From assembly GCA_964394465.1 (NCBI GenBank), contig CAYMXS010000006.1:5836-69835 (forward strand): DNA of 64,000 bases, read 5' to 3'. The position numbers were made by a program, and so were the translations under genes. This DNA comes from an uncultured Thermoplasmata archaeon. Its GTDB lineage: Archaea > Thermoplasmatota > Thermoplasmata > Halarchaeoplasmatales > Halarchaeoplasmataceae. The notes below the pieces were generated by a model. That model did no database searches, had not been told where the DNA came from, and saw only the letters and a list, made by a program, of their open reading frames with translations. Shown piece after piece: positions 38,966 through 49,400 of this stretch (position 1 is its first letter; each line of letters opens with the position of its first letter).

Positions 38966-40591
38966 TCATATCTCGATGGGTTCTCCGTACCTTGGGATCT
39001 CGACTTCAATATCGCTTTCCTTCAGTTCTTCTTGAAAAGTTTCTGGACTCTCGGTGTGGACCGGTACCAACTTCTTAGGCTGCACCTTCTCTATCATCTC
39101 TATCAGCTCTGGACCGCTGGCGTGCCCTGATGCGTGGACCTGCAGAGGTTCGTTGTCGTTCTCTTCATTTATCTTGAAATGCCTCAGCCAATTGATCAGC
39201 CTTTCCTCTGTCAGTTCCATCTCCAGGTTGAACGGTTCACTCCTCGCTCTTATGTATATCGAACCTGGCATCTTCCCCATATCTAGAAGCTGATTGATGT
39301 TGTAGAAGTCCAAAAAGACCAAAAATCTCTCGGGATCTTGGGCTATCTCAGGCGCCTTTATCCCGTTTTCACAGTGAGTGAAGTCCTTTTTTTCGGACCA
39401 GTCGGTAAGATAACCTGCTTGATACTTCGCCCGGTTGTAATCCGCTCTGCTGTACATCATGCTGTCCTTCCTGGGAAGGAAGACCTTTACCTTTGGCTCA
39501 TCCTCTGGATCCGGGAAGTCGAAGTTATCCTCTTCAGACAAGCAGTTGGCGGTGTAGGCCGTCTTGGGCGATATGACAAAAATTCTGTCGGTCCTTTTGG
39601 CAGCCTTCAGCATCGTTCTGTATCTCGTCAGATCCTTCCAGGCGAAGCCCACGAAGACCGCGCCCTCGGACCCTTTCTTATTTATGTGCTTCACGGTCTC
39701 TTCCAGGACTTCCTCCTCGCTGTCCCTCTCCTCTTCGTCTATCCTGGTACCTTCACATATCAACAGGTCGATATCTCTTTCAGCAATATCCTCTACGAAG
39801 TTTGACGTGTAATCCGAAGATTCACCGTGGAAGCGCAGGTCTCCAGTGTACGCAATCTTTTCTTTATCCTGTGTCTCTATCAGGTATGCAGAAGCCCCCG
39901 GAACTGAGTGGTCAACCAGGTAGCATTTGACCCTTGATCGCCCGATGGTGGTGACTTCACCGTCCTTCAACGCATCGATTCCCCGCTTTTTATCTTCTTT
40001 ATCCAGCTTTAAAGCGCCAGGGGTGTAACTACGCTCTCCCAGTCTCCTAGGAGAACGTTTTTTTGCTGTGAAGGCCTCCCTGGCTATGCCCTGCAGCCCT
40101 ATATCATCGATGACTTCCATCAAATCCCTGGTGGTCTGAGACGTGTATATTGGTATATCTTCATCCAGTAAACCTATGTAGGCTGAATGGTCTAGATGTG
40201 CATGGGTGAGGAGAAGCGCAGTTACAGCCGGTCTTCCTTCCTTGGAGAGGTACTCATCGTAGCTCTTAAGGTCCGAAGGCCAGAGATGTTCGATATGGCT
40301 CTGATCATCGAACTCTTCTTTCGCAGCTTTAGGCTCTAGAAGGTCCTCTCTGTATATACCGTCTATCTTTGGAACCAGACCGAGACGAAGGTAGTCCTGA
40401 AGTATGCTGTTCGTCCTGGGCCTCAGGAACTCTTCGAAGTACTCGTTCTCCTGACCAAAACTCATGCCGAAATCGAGTATCAGCGTTTCGGTTCCTGAAG
40501 AGAGAAATATCTTGTTACCGCCTATCTCACCCAGTCCTCCATATATGGTTATCTGACTCATCTTGGGCCTCTTTTTGTTTATCGGTTCCAC
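38966..40591 (-). CDS. metallo-beta-lactamase-fold beta-CASP ribonuclease (RNase J / aCPSF-like)
   Basis: HxHxDH motif (LLLTHAHLDHSAYIGLL) plus downstream Asp/His motifs of the beta-CASP family. Confidence 0.7.
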   Translation of the reverse strand: MEPINKKRPKMSQITIYGGLGEIGGNKIFLSSGTETLILDFGMSFGQENEYFEEFLRPRTNSILQDYLRLGLVPKIDGIYREDLLEPKAAKEEFDDQSHIEHLWPSDLKSYDEYLSKEGRPAVTALLLTHAHLDHSAYIGLLDEDIPIYTSQTTRDLMEVIDDIGLQGIAREAFTAKKRSPRRLGERSYTPGALKLDKEDKKRGIDALKDGEVTTIGRSRVKCYLVDHSVPGASAYLIETQDKEKIAYTGDLRFHGESSDYTSNFVEDIAERDIDLLICEGTRIDEEERDSEEEVLEETVKHINKKGSEGAVFVGFAWKDLTRYRTMLKAAKRTDRIFVISPKTAYTANCLSEEDNFDFPDPEDEPKVKVFLPRKDSMMYSRADYNRAKYQAGYLTDWSEKKDFTHCENGIKAPEIAQDPERFLVFLDFYNINQLLDMGKMPGSIYIRARSEPFNLEMELTEERLINWLRHFKINEENDNEPLQVHASGHASGPELIEMIEKVQPKKLVPVHTESPETFQEELKESDIEVEIPRYGEPIEI

Positions 40592-40667
40592 ATATTTATT
40601 TTTGATGAGTCGGCTCTCTCAGTAAGCCATATAAGCAGGGAGGTGGATTGTTATGATGATATAAGGT

Positions 40668-41672
40668 ATGAACTCCAAGATAGTTATAGGTAAAGACGTG
40701 GATCTGCCCCTGACGGGCGCCCTCCCCTTCGGTATCATCGATAGAGGTACGGATCTTTTTCAGGTAAGGCCCGTCTCCGGATGCAATCTCCGCTGCCCGT
40801 TCTGTTCCGTCGACGAGGGGCCGTGCGGGAAGAAGAAGACAAGGTATGAAGTCGATCTGGATTACATGGTAGAATACGCTCAGGCATTGATCTCTCGAAA
40901 GAACTGCAGTGAGATAGAGATGCACATCGACGGATGCGGAGAACCGACACTTTATGACGATCTAAATTATCTTGTTGATATCCTGTCAGAGATGGATAAA
41001 GTGAAAACGGTCTCCATGCAGTCTAATGGAACTCTTTTAAAAGAAGAGGATATAGAGACGCTGGAGAGAGCTGGTTTAGACAGACTCAACCTGACCATGA
41101 ACGCTCTCGAGAGCGATCTCGCCGAGGAACTGGCCGGGACCCAGAACTACGATCTAGAACATGTGAAGGATATAGCGAAAAGGATCGGAGAGAGCAAGAT
41201 AGAACTGCTGGTCGCTCCGGTCTGGATCCCAGGGGTGAACGACCAGGAGATGGAGAAGATAATAGACTTCGTGAAAGAGGTGCAGGCTGAAAACAGGTTT
41301 CCAAGGTTGGGCATACAGAAGTACAGAGAGCACAAAAGGGGACGTAAGATAGAAGGCGTTTCACCGATGGATTGGAACCCCTTTTTTGAGGAACTGAAAG
41401 AGATGGAAGAGAGAAAAAAGGTGAAACTCCTTCTTCGGCCTGAGGATTTCGACATCAAGAGTTGTGATTTCGCCCTTCCAAAGGTGATGAAGAGGGGGGA
41501 GAAGGTGAACGTTAAGCTGGAAGGGGAAGGCTGGATGAATGATCAAAAGTTGGGCGTTGCAAGGAAAAGGACCGTTACCGTAGTGAACTCCGATGGGATG
41601 TCCATCGGGAACGATGTGAAGGTGGAGATCTTGAGGAACAAGCACAATCTCTACGTTGGTAGGCCGATCTAG
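40668..41672 (+). CDS. radical SAM domain protein
   Basis: CNLRCPFCSV CxxxCxxC cluster motif near the N-terminus. Confidence 0.75.
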   Translation: MNSKIVIGKDVDLPLTGALPFGIIDRGTDLFQVRPVSGCNLRCPFCSVDEGPCGKKKTRYEVDLDYMVEYAQALISRKNCSEIEMHIDGCGEPTLYDDLNYLVDILSEMDKVKTVSMQSNGTLLKEEDIETLERAGLDRLNLTMNALESDLAEELAGTQNYDLEHVKDIAKRIGESKIELLVAPVWIPGVNDQEMEKIIDFVKEVQAENRFPRLGIQKYREHKRGRKIEGVSPMDWNPFFEELKEMEERKKVKLLLRPEDFDIKSCDFALPKVMKRGEKVNVKLEGEGWMNDQKLGVARKRTVTVVNSDGMSIGNDVKVEILRNKHNLYVGRPI

Positions 41673-41751
41673 ATCTTTGCCAAGGACAAGAAAAGACTTT
41701 TATTCCAAAAATGCCTTTACAAAGCCAAATCAATAAGAGGATAGAGATAAG

Positions 41752-42567
41752 ATGATAGGAAGAGAGAACAAGAGAAAGGTCAACCTTTTAGGCGAAGCTG
41801 GTGTGGGCAAAACTTCTTTGATACTTCGTTTCGTTAAGAACGTCTTCGGAGAAGAATACCTGAAGACCATAGGAACAAATATCTACACGAAGAAGGTCCC
41901 TGTCACCGGCTCCGAGGTGAAGCTAGTTCTTCATGACATAATGGGGGATACGGATTTTGACACCGTGCGTGAGACCGCATTCCAAAAATCCACCGGTGCC
42001 ATAGCCGTGGCGGACTGCCTGAGAAAGGAGACATTGGATAGACTGGTTGAGGACTGGCTGCCCATGTATAAGGAGGCTTCTGTAGACAATGCCCCTGTCA
42101 TCCTTGCCGTAAATAAGGTGGATCTAGATGACCAGGAGATCACTGAAGAACTGGTAGCTAACGATTGGCAGGTCTATTTCGACAGCGTCTTCTACACCTC
42201 GGCCAAGACCGGCAAGAACGTGGAAGATATGTTCAACGAGCTGGGATTCAGAACCATATATAACAAGCCCTCCTTGGCCAGGAAGGGAGAGGATATGATA
42301 ACGATGGATAGAGTGATAGACGAACCAAGAGGATTGATGTCCGCCCTTCTTACTTACGCTTCCGTCAAGGGTGATATGCCCTATTCTACTAGAGAAGAGA
42401 TCTTCGAGAAGAGCGGGATCGACAAGTTTTCCCTAGACGAAGGTATATCGGAGAAAGAAGTATTGACTTTTGCCGATGGTCTTATAGAGTGGTATGAGGA
42501 GGACGGGGATCCAGATTCGGCTTCAGCCACTGAAAGCCTGGTCGAAAAATATGAAAAAGATTCTTAG
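41752..42567 (+). CDS. Ras-superfamily small GTPase with ~100-aa C-terminal extension (paralog 1)
   Basis: G1 GEAGVGKTS, switch-I Thr (KTIGT), G3 DIMGD (Asp where Gln is canonical), G4 NKVD, G5 TSAK. C-terminal extension shared with paralog 2. Confidence 0.8.
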   Translation: MIGRENKRKVNLLGEAGVGKTSLILRFVKNVFGEEYLKTIGTNIYTKKVPVTGSEVKLVLHDIMGDTDFDTVRETAFQKSTGAIAVADCLRKETLDRLVEDWLPMYKEASVDNAPVILAVNKVDLDDQEITEELVANDWQVYFDSVFYTSAKTGKNVEDMFNELGFRTIYNKPSLARKGEDMITMDRVIDEPRGLMSALLTYASVKGDMPYSTREEIFEKSGIDKFSLDEGISEKEVLTFADGLIEWYEEDGDPDSASATESLVEKYEKDS

Positions 42568-42588
42568 AGAACTCAGTGTCAAATCAAG

Positions 42589-43398
42589 ATGATAGGTAAC
42601 GAGAAGAGAAGAAAGGTGAACCTACTAGGTGAAACCAAAGTGGGCAAGACCGCCTTGGTACTCCGTTTCGTGGAAGACATATATGGAGAGGAATATCTGA
42701 AGACTATAGGCACGAACGTTTATACCAAGAAGGTCCCGGTCACGGGGTCGATGGTGAAGTTGGTCATACACGATATCATGGGTGATACCGACTTCGAGAC
42801 CGTTCGGGAGGTGGCCTTTCAGAAGTCCACTGGAGCCATTGCGGTAGTTGATCACAAGAGAGAAGAAACGTTGGACAGGCTGATCGAGGATTGGCTGCCC
42901 CTGTATAAAAAAGAAGCTGTGGACAACGCACCTATCATCTTGGCTATCAACAATCTAGAGGACGAGGATATAAGAGAAGAGGTAGTTAGTGACGAGGTGC
43001 TATTCTATTTCGATTCAGTATTCTATACATCTGCAAAAACGGGAAAAAACGTGCAGGATGTTTTCAGAGAACTCGGATTCAACTGCATCTATAACCAGCC
43101 CTCTATGATAAGGAAAGGGGAAGAATTCGTGGTCAAAGATAAAACACTAGAGACCCCAAAGAAGTTGTTATCCGCCCTCCTCACCTACGCCTCAGTCAAG
43201 GGGGACATGCCCTACTCGACCAGAGAAGAGATATTCGAAGAGAGCGGGATAGATAAATTCTCATTGGATGAAAAGATCTCGGAGGAGGAGGTTTTGTCAT
43301 TCGGTAATGGACTCATCCGATGGTATGAAAAAGATGGGGATGACGGATCCGCCTCCGCCACTAGTGATCTGATCGGAAAATATGAGAGAGAGTCCTAG
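42589..43398 (+). CDS. Ras-superfamily small GTPase paralog 2 with degenerate G4 motif
   Basis: G1 GETKVGKTA, G3 DIMGD, G5 TSAK, but G4 reads NNLE instead of NKxD. About 70% identical to paralog 1 including the C-terminal extension (LLTYASVKGDMPYSTREEIFE.SGIDKFSLDE). Confidence 0.75.
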   Translation: MIGNEKRRKVNLLGETKVGKTALVLRFVEDIYGEEYLKTIGTNVYTKKVPVTGSMVKLVIHDIMGDTDFETVREVAFQKSTGAIAVVDHKREETLDRLIEDWLPLYKKEAVDNAPIILAINNLEDEDIREEVVSDEVLFYFDSVFYTSAKTGKNVQDVFRELGFNCIYNQPSMIRKGEEFVVKDKTLETPKKLLSALLTYASVKGDMPYSTREEIFEESGIDKFSLDEKISEEEVLSFGNGLIRWYEKDGDDGSASATSDLIGKYERES

Positions 43399-43413
43399 AG
43401 GATTAGATACGAA

Positions 43414-46400
43414 CTAATCCTCTTCTTGGAATATCTGCTTCAGCTTCTCTCTTGCACCTCTGAGCTTCTCCATGTCTCCGTCCCAGTCCTCGAGTTCTTC
43501 TTCATACTCATCCTCAATATCCTCTATAGTTTCCTGTATGCTGCCGATCTCTTCGTCGGTCAGTTCTCCAGAGTATTTGACCGCTATGTACACGTACTCC
43601 CCTCTCTTGATCACTATCTTGTTGTCCTGGAACTCCAGTTTGTCTATGCTCCAGTCGTCTTCATCCTTGAATGAGTCCTTGATGAAGTTCTGTATGGCTG
43701 TCAGCATGCCCGCCATGACGTCCTCATCCATATCCGGCCTTAGCCTTCTCGTCTCATGGGCTATCAGCATGGCATCGTTCCCTATGAGGAATATCTCGTC
43801 GATGATGGCCTCTTCTTCCTCTTCACCGAGATATTGTGTATAGACGTAAGCGGCGGCTCCGGTTGACCCTATGATGATGAGGAATAAAAGCCAAAGGTAT
43901 CCATCTTGAGAGGATGAAGAAGCTGATCCTTTCGATTCGTCCACCCCAAAGGTCTGCTCTCCTGAACTGTTCCAGTTGTCAGATGAATCCTTTACGCAGA
44001 TGGTATAACTGTAGGTACCAGGATGGGAGTACGTCGAATTGTAGTACCATCTTTCTTCCGTCAACGATTTCATACTCTCATTGCGATGGGTTCCATCCGG
44101 ATAAATCAGATTGATCCAGACATCTTCTATCTCATGATTATCCCTGACCTCTGCCGTGATATTGACATGGTCTCCGGTTTCCTGTGGGTCGGGGGATACG
44201 AACATGTTCGATATGCCCGGTCTTATCGTATCTTCTATCCTGAAGTAGTGCCCACCGGAGGTGTTCCAGTTTGATGAAGCATCTCTCGCTAGGATCTCAT
44301 AACCATACATCCCGGTCTTGCTGTAAGTAGAATTGTAGTACCATAGTTCTCCCGGAGTAGAGTTCATACTGATATTTCGGCGGTCTCCTCCAGGTAGGTC
44401 TATGACCAGCCAGATCCCACTTATCTCTCCCTCATGAGTCACCTCGGCTGTAATATTCACATGTCCTCCGGTATCTTGAGGTTCTGGAAAAGCCACTACG
44501 CTCTGTATGTTCGGAGGCGTTTTTTCCTCAATCTCGAAGGAACGAGCGGTAGAACTGTTCCAGTTGTTCGACGGGTCTTTCGCTACGATCGTGAAACCAT
44601 GAATCCCAGAGGTGTTGTAAGTGGAGTTATAGTACCATATATCTCCTGACCCTGATTCCATACTCTTATTCTGGATATGTCCATCGGGACCGGTGATATT
44701 TACCAAGACATGGCTGACATGATCATCATCAGTTACAGCAGCGGTGATATTCACATGATCTCCTGGCTCTTGGGTTCCAGGCGTACTTACCACGTCTGAT
44801 ATCTCTGGAGCTTCGATATCTTCTATCTCAAAGGAATGGACGATAGTTGCATTCCAGTTATCCCCTGTATCTTTGGCGCAGATCGTATAATCATGTACAC
44901 CAAGCTCATCGTAGTGGGAGTTATAGTACCATCCATCATACGGTCCAGGTTCCATACTACTATTTTGTTCATCTCCTCCTGGAAAGACGATGTTTATCCA
45001 TACCGCTTCCAACTGATCGTTATCGGTTATATCGGCAGTTATATTGATGTGTCCTCCCTTCCCCTGCTTGTTTGGCAAGGCTGAAACGTTCGAGATCTCT
45101 GGTTCGATAGAGTCCTCGATCACGAAGGTATGGCCGCTTGAACTGTTCCAATTATTTACGGTATCGTCCGCCCAGATGGCATAACTGTACTCCCCCAGTT
45201 CGGTATAGGTGGAGTTATAGTACCATGAATTCTCCTGGGATGGGGCCATGGTTAGATTATAATGATCACCGTCGGGGTCGGTGATATTGATCCATACCTC
45301 GCCGACCCGATGGTTATCGGTCACGCTAGCGCTTATATTGACATATCCATTTAGCCCTTGAGTCTCAGGTGAGTTGACCACATCCGATATCACAGGGGCT
45401 TCGATATCCACTATGTCAAAAGACCGCACCTCAGTGGTGTTCACGTTACCAGATGTATCGTTCGCCCAGATGGTATATTCATAGGTCCCCGGTACGGTAT
45501 AAGTCGAATTATAGAACCACAGAGATACCATGTTTGATACCATACTCCTGTTCTGATGGGTACCGTCTGGCTTGGTTATGTTCACCCAGACCTCTCCGAC
45601 TTCATGATCGTCAGTTATGTTAGCGCTTATATTGACGTAACCTTCAGTTTCCTGAGGATCGGGCGAAACCATGACCTCATTTATCTCTGGAGCGGTACTA
45701 TCGACGACCAAAAAGTTATGACCACTCGAACTTGCTTGGTTACCCCAGGTATCGTTCGCCAGGACAGTAAAATCATATTTACCCAATTCGGAATAGGTAG
45801 AGTTGTAGTACCACATATTATATTGTGATTTTGTCATATTCTTTATGATATGTTCTCCGTCCGGATAGGTTATATTGACCCATACTTTTTTGAGCTCAGA
45901 AGTATCGGTGACCTTTGCAGTTATGTTTACGGTTCTTCCCACGTTCTGTTCCTGAGGTGTCACCTCTACATTGTTGATATCTGGCGGATCAGTTTCCATG
46001 ATGGTAAAATCATGGCCGCTGGAGGTGTTCCAGTTCTTAGAGGTATCATTCGCCCAGATGGTATAATCATAGGTCCCTAACTCGGTATAGGTCTCGTTAT
46101 AGTACCATCGATCACCGGGCCCCTTGTCCATACTCACGTTTTGATGATTACCGCCTGGGTAATAGATATCTACCTTTACTTTTTTGAGCTTATGGTTATC
46201 TGTTATATTGGCTGTGATATTGACATACTCCCCTATCACTTGTACATTCGGCACAGCCTTTACATCCGATATCTTGGGAGATATGGTATCATTTATCTCG
46301 AAGGTCTGACCTGTGGAGCGATTCCGGTTGTTAGATGTGTCATTCGCCCATATCCTATACTCATAACTCCCTGGCACATAGTAGGTAGAATTGTGATACC

Positions 46401-49400
46401 ATCCATCCTCCAACCCTGAGTTCATGCTCACATTTTGATAGGTCCCGTTAGGACCCGTTATATTGACCCAGACCTCGTCCAACTGATGGTTATCGGTTAT
46501 ATCAGCCGTTATATTGACATATCTCCCAGGTTCTTGAGGATCAGGTGAGGCACTGATGTTGTCTATCTCTGGTTCGAGGGTATCCTCTATCAAAAATGTC
46601 TCCTCCCGGGAGTGGTTCAGATTGCCAGCGGTGTCATTCGCGTAGATCACGTAGTGATAGGTACCTAAGACGGTATAATTGGATTCAAAATACCATTTAT
46701 CCCCTGTACCGGGATCCATACTCACATTTTGGTACATACTGTTCGGATGGGTGATGTTAAGCCAGACCTCGTCAACTTGAGCGTTATCGGTTATATCAGC
46801 CGTTATATTCACGGGCCCTCCGGTCTTCTGTTGATTAGGATCGGCTGAAACGTTCGATATCTTTGGGTCTATCGGGTCCACTATCTCGAAGGTATGGGCA
46901 CCTGTTGCGGTCGTATCCCAGTTATTAGATGTATCGTTCGCAGCGATGACGTAATAGTGGATGCCCACACTGTGATAGGTGGAGTTATAATACCATTGCC
47001 CACCCTGACCCTGGACCATACTATTATTTACATAACCACCACTAGGATAGGATATATTGACACAGACTTTCCCCAGGTTATAGTTATCTGATACATTTGC
47101 GGTGATATTCACATGTCCACCGGCCTGTATATAATCAGGAGAGGCCATAACATCCGATATCTGAGGCGGAGATAGATCCACTATCTCAAAATAGTGTACA
47201 TCTGAGATGTTCCAGTTGTTAGAATCGTCCTGAGCTAAAATCCTATAGGTGTAATTCCCCAAAAGAGTATAATTTGACTCGTGATACCATTCATCCCCTA
47301 TACCTGGGTCCATACTAACGTTCTCGAAAGTACTGTTCGGATAGGTGATGTTGACATAGACTTCATTCACATGAGCGTTATCAGTCACATTGGCTGTGAT
47401 ATTGACATATCTGTCCGTCTCCTGTGGGTCCGGCTTGGCATCCACATCTGTTATCTCAGGAGGTGCATCATCGTATATGGTGATGGTAACGTTCGCGGTA
47501 TCGGCCTTGCCGGCCCCGTCCTCTATCTTGTACGTGTAATTGTCCGTACATGAATAGTTAGTGTTAGGTTTATATTGTATCTCCCCTGTCGTATGATTGG
47601 TTGTGGCTATAGAACCATCAGATGGAGGGGTTATGATTGTTATAGACGTATAATTCAGATCGTCATTATCGTCAACATCGTTGATAGTAACATTCGTCCA
47701 CACATCGCCTCCCGCGGCACAGCTGTCCGAATCGTCTTTAGCCAAGGGCGCATCGTTTACTTCGTTAACGGTGATGTTTACCGTAGCTATATTAGATGTG
47801 ATGCCATCGGTGTCATCGACCGTATAATTGAAACTGTCCAAACCAGAATAGTTGGTGTCCGGCATATATCTTATCTCGCCAGTAGTACCATTTACCGATG
47901 TTGAGCCATGGGCTGGTCCGCTGGTTACCGTCACCGTGGAGGGATCAAGCGAGCCTTCCGAGGCAGTATCATTGGCAAGCACATCGCACAAAACTGCTGT
48001 ATCTTCGTCAGTTATATTTTGATCGTCATTGGCCGTCGGAGGGGCCTTTATGGTGAAATTTTTCTGGCTGGAACTGTTCCAGTTATCTGAGGTGTCATTC
48101 GCCCAGACAGTATAATTACAGGTGCCTAGGGAAGTGTATGTAGAATTGTAGTACCACAGATCATCTGTAGACCGGTTCATACTCACATTCTGATGACTGC
48201 TGTCAGGATAAGTGATGTTTACAGAGACTTTTTTTACTTCGTGAATGTCATTTACCTGTGCAGTTATATTCACCCATCCTCCAATCCCTTGGGGATCCGG
48301 TAAAGCTGATACGTTTGATACCTTCGGAGCGGTGGTATCTTCGATTTTAAAATTATGAATAGAAGTTTTCGCCCAGTTATCCGAGGTGTCGTTCGCCCAT
48401 ATAATATAATCATAAGTCCCCGTTGAAGTATAAGTTGAGTTGTAGTACCACAGACCACTCCCTCCCAGAGACATGCTTTCGTTTTGAGAAGTGCCATTTG
48501 GATGAGTGATATTGACCCATGCTTTGCCCACTTCATGATTATCTTCTACATCGGCACTGATATTGACATATCCTCCCGTTTCTTGAGTAGATGGACCCGT
48601 AACGTTATAGATGGTCGGTGCGATGGTGTCTTCTACATCATACCAATTACTGGAAGAACTATTCCAGTTGTTCGATGTATCGTTCGCCTCAATCGAATAG
48701 TATATACCCGTAGCGTTATTCCAGACAGAAATGTTTAGCCAGTAATTGGTTGAGGGCTTCATACTTTGGTTAAACCACTTGCCGTATCCGCCTGATGACT
48801 CCAATTTATATCTTAACCAGACCGTGTCAACTTCAGCATTATCCGTGACGTTAGCCGTGACGTTGAAAGATCCTCCGGTTGTTGGCGTTCTAGTGGTGGT
48901 ATCTTGAATCTCTGGCTTAGCTGTATCGTTCGTTTTAACGCTTATATCGTCAGCACGGAGAGAGCAATTTACCTGCTGAGAGCCTGAGGTGATGACGTCA
49001 ACATATAATTCCACGCTCACCTTATTGACTTTCCCCACTGGTGTATAATCCTTGTTCAGAGGGTGAAAATTATTCCAACCCGTGGACCCTTCTCCTAAAT
49101 CATCCCAGTAGGTAGATTTACTGTATATCTGCTTCCACCCAATAGTAGTATCGTTGACTGAGACTCTGGCAGTAGCTGTGATATTTTCTGCATCATACTC
49201 CGTAATATCATTTATTGTGCAATTGAAAGCTCCGTTCACGATGACTTCTTTTTTGATATCACCGATGCTTTGGGTCCAATTTCCCATTTGAGTGGCATCT
49301 GATTCTAAAGAAACCTCTACATATGTCTCGATACAGCCACTTCCATCACTGGTATTGGTGTGAGTGCTATCATAACGGTTACCATTTTCATCAGGTGATC

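Noticed and set aside
40641-40667. Strong SD GGAGGTGG followed by a 3-codon ATG-ATG-ATA-TAA mini-ORF, just upstream of the radical-SAM start
   Set aside because: Too short to call a gene. It is probably incidental, or a tiny uORF, and is noted only as context for the radical-SAM translation start.
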